Source: an uncultured Syntrophaceae bacterium (GTDB lineage: Bacteria > Desulfobacterota > Syntrophia > Syntrophales > UBA2192). Taken from it: DNA of 64,000 nt. A program made the translations under genes and the position numbers. Position 1 is the stretch's first letter; each line of letters opens with the position of its first letter. Below are positions 63,289 to 64,000 of this stretch, one piece after another. The notes beneath the pieces are model-generated. The model searched no databases. It saw only the letters and a program-made list of their open reading frames with translations, and was not told the origin of the DNA. The stretch is taken from NCBI GenBank assembly GCA_964628025.1, contig CAZVLL010000005.1, forward strand, positions 68,729 through 132,728. Reading direction: 5' to 3'.

Positions 63289-64000
63289 ATGGTCAAGATG
63301 GCAATCATTACGGGCTTTCTCGGGCAGACGAAAGACCGCTTCCACCTCTACAATGAACCGAAGAACCTCGAAGAGAAATTCGCTCTCATGACGAAGATCA
63401 AGGGCTACGACGGTGTCGAGGTCGTCTACCCCTACGAGGTGAGCGACGCAGCCATCACGCGAGGCCTTCTGAAAAAGTACGGGCTGAACGTCGCGGCGGT
63501 GAACGTGAATGTCAAGGCGGAGCCGGAATTTCTCAACGGCGGGCTCACGTCGAATCGCAAGGCGGTCCGGGAGAAGGCAACCCGTTTCATCAAGGAGGCA
63601 AAAGACTTCGCCGCCGCCATCGGCGCCGACAAGGTGACCTGCTGCCCTCTGGGTGACGGGTTCGAGTTCTCCTTCCAGTGCGATTACCGGAAGATGTGGT
63701 CTCGACTCGTGGACGCTTTCGGTGAGGCGGGCGCCTACCGGGAGGAGATTCCCCTGTTCATCGAATACAAGCCGAGCGAGACGCGGGGAAAATGCTTCAT
63801 CGACTCGGCGGCCAAGACGCTCTGCCTTCTCAACGACGTCGGGTTGAAAAACATGGGGGTCACCATCGACTTCGGTCATGCGATTTACGGCGGGGAACAT
63901 CCGGCCGAGGCAGTGGCGCTCGTCGCGGGAAGCCCCTGGCACCTCTACATCCACGTCAACGACAACGACGGCAAGTGGGACTGGGATTATTTCTGCGGCA
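63289..64000 (+). CDS. sugar phosphate isomerase/epimerase (xylose isomerase-like TIM barrel), 5' part; continues past the window
   Basis: Not in the ORF track because it has an open end. My translation reads MVKMAIITGFLGQTKDRFHLYNEPKNLEEKFALMTKIKGYDGVEVVYPYE...IEYKPSETRGKCFIDSAAKTL...DFGHAIYGGE...HVNDNDGKWDWD. GGAGG lies 8 nt before the ATG. Confidence 0.7.
   Translation, partial: MVKMAIITGFLGQTKDRFHLYNEPKNLEEKFALMTKIKGYDGVEVVYPYEVSDAAITRGLLKKYGLNVAAVNVNVKAEPEFLNGGLTSNRKAVREKATRFIKEAKDFAAAIGADKVTCCPLGDGFEFSFQCDYRKMWSRLVDAFGEAGAYREEIPLFIEYKPSETRGKCFIDSAAKTLCLLNDVGLKNMGVTIDFGHAIYGGEHPAEAVALVAGSPWHLYIHVNDNDGKWDWDYFCG

Overview
This is a GC-rich chromosomal segment, with AT-rich gaps at about 28.35-28.87 kb and 38.9-40.0 kb. 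No composition statistics were computed. The gene content suggests an anaerobic, probably syntrophic deltaproteobacterium-like organism; this is an inference from the tungsten-type aldehyde:ferredoxin oxidoreductase with polyferredoxin, the membrane pyrophosphatase, the acyl-CoA dehydrogenase with a short-chain fatty acid transporter, and the sigma54 activator. I support about 60 CDS, one tRNA-Gln, several intrinsic terminators and three repeat families. Most of the window is housekeeping: rpsF-rpsR-DUF2232-rplI-dnaB; rpoH with divergent clpB-htpX; DUF1844-ispE-tRNA(Gln)-prs-rplY-pth; hppA; ychF; and an EF-G paralog. There are also two metabolic blocks, a hydroxy-acid/AOR cluster at 0-4.6 kb and a sugar/keto-acid cluster at 48-64 kb with a split transketolase. 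The most interesting signal is non-coding. There are two paralogous minus-strand units, each made of a sigma54 -24/-12 promoter, a conserved anti-SD hairpin and an intrinsic terminator (28.41-28.70 kb and 39.16-39.49 kb). Four copies of a 17-bp YGTGC-N7-GCACA motif flank these units and the promoter of an adjacent GAF-GAF-AAA+ sigma54 activator gene (28870..31020). I read this as a previously unannotated activator plus RpoN-dependent sRNA/leader circuit tied to a short-chain fatty acid transporter and an acyl-CoA dehydrogenase. Other observations are a patatin gene bracketed by two direct copies of a 123-nt MITE-like element, a CGAGG/CCTCG palindromic intergenic repeat family, a solitary Dam-like methylase, a FeeM-like acyltransferase and several unknown proteins. 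No CRISPR array, integrase or transposase was seen. All functional calls rest on my own recognition of motifs in the translations; no database search was possible.
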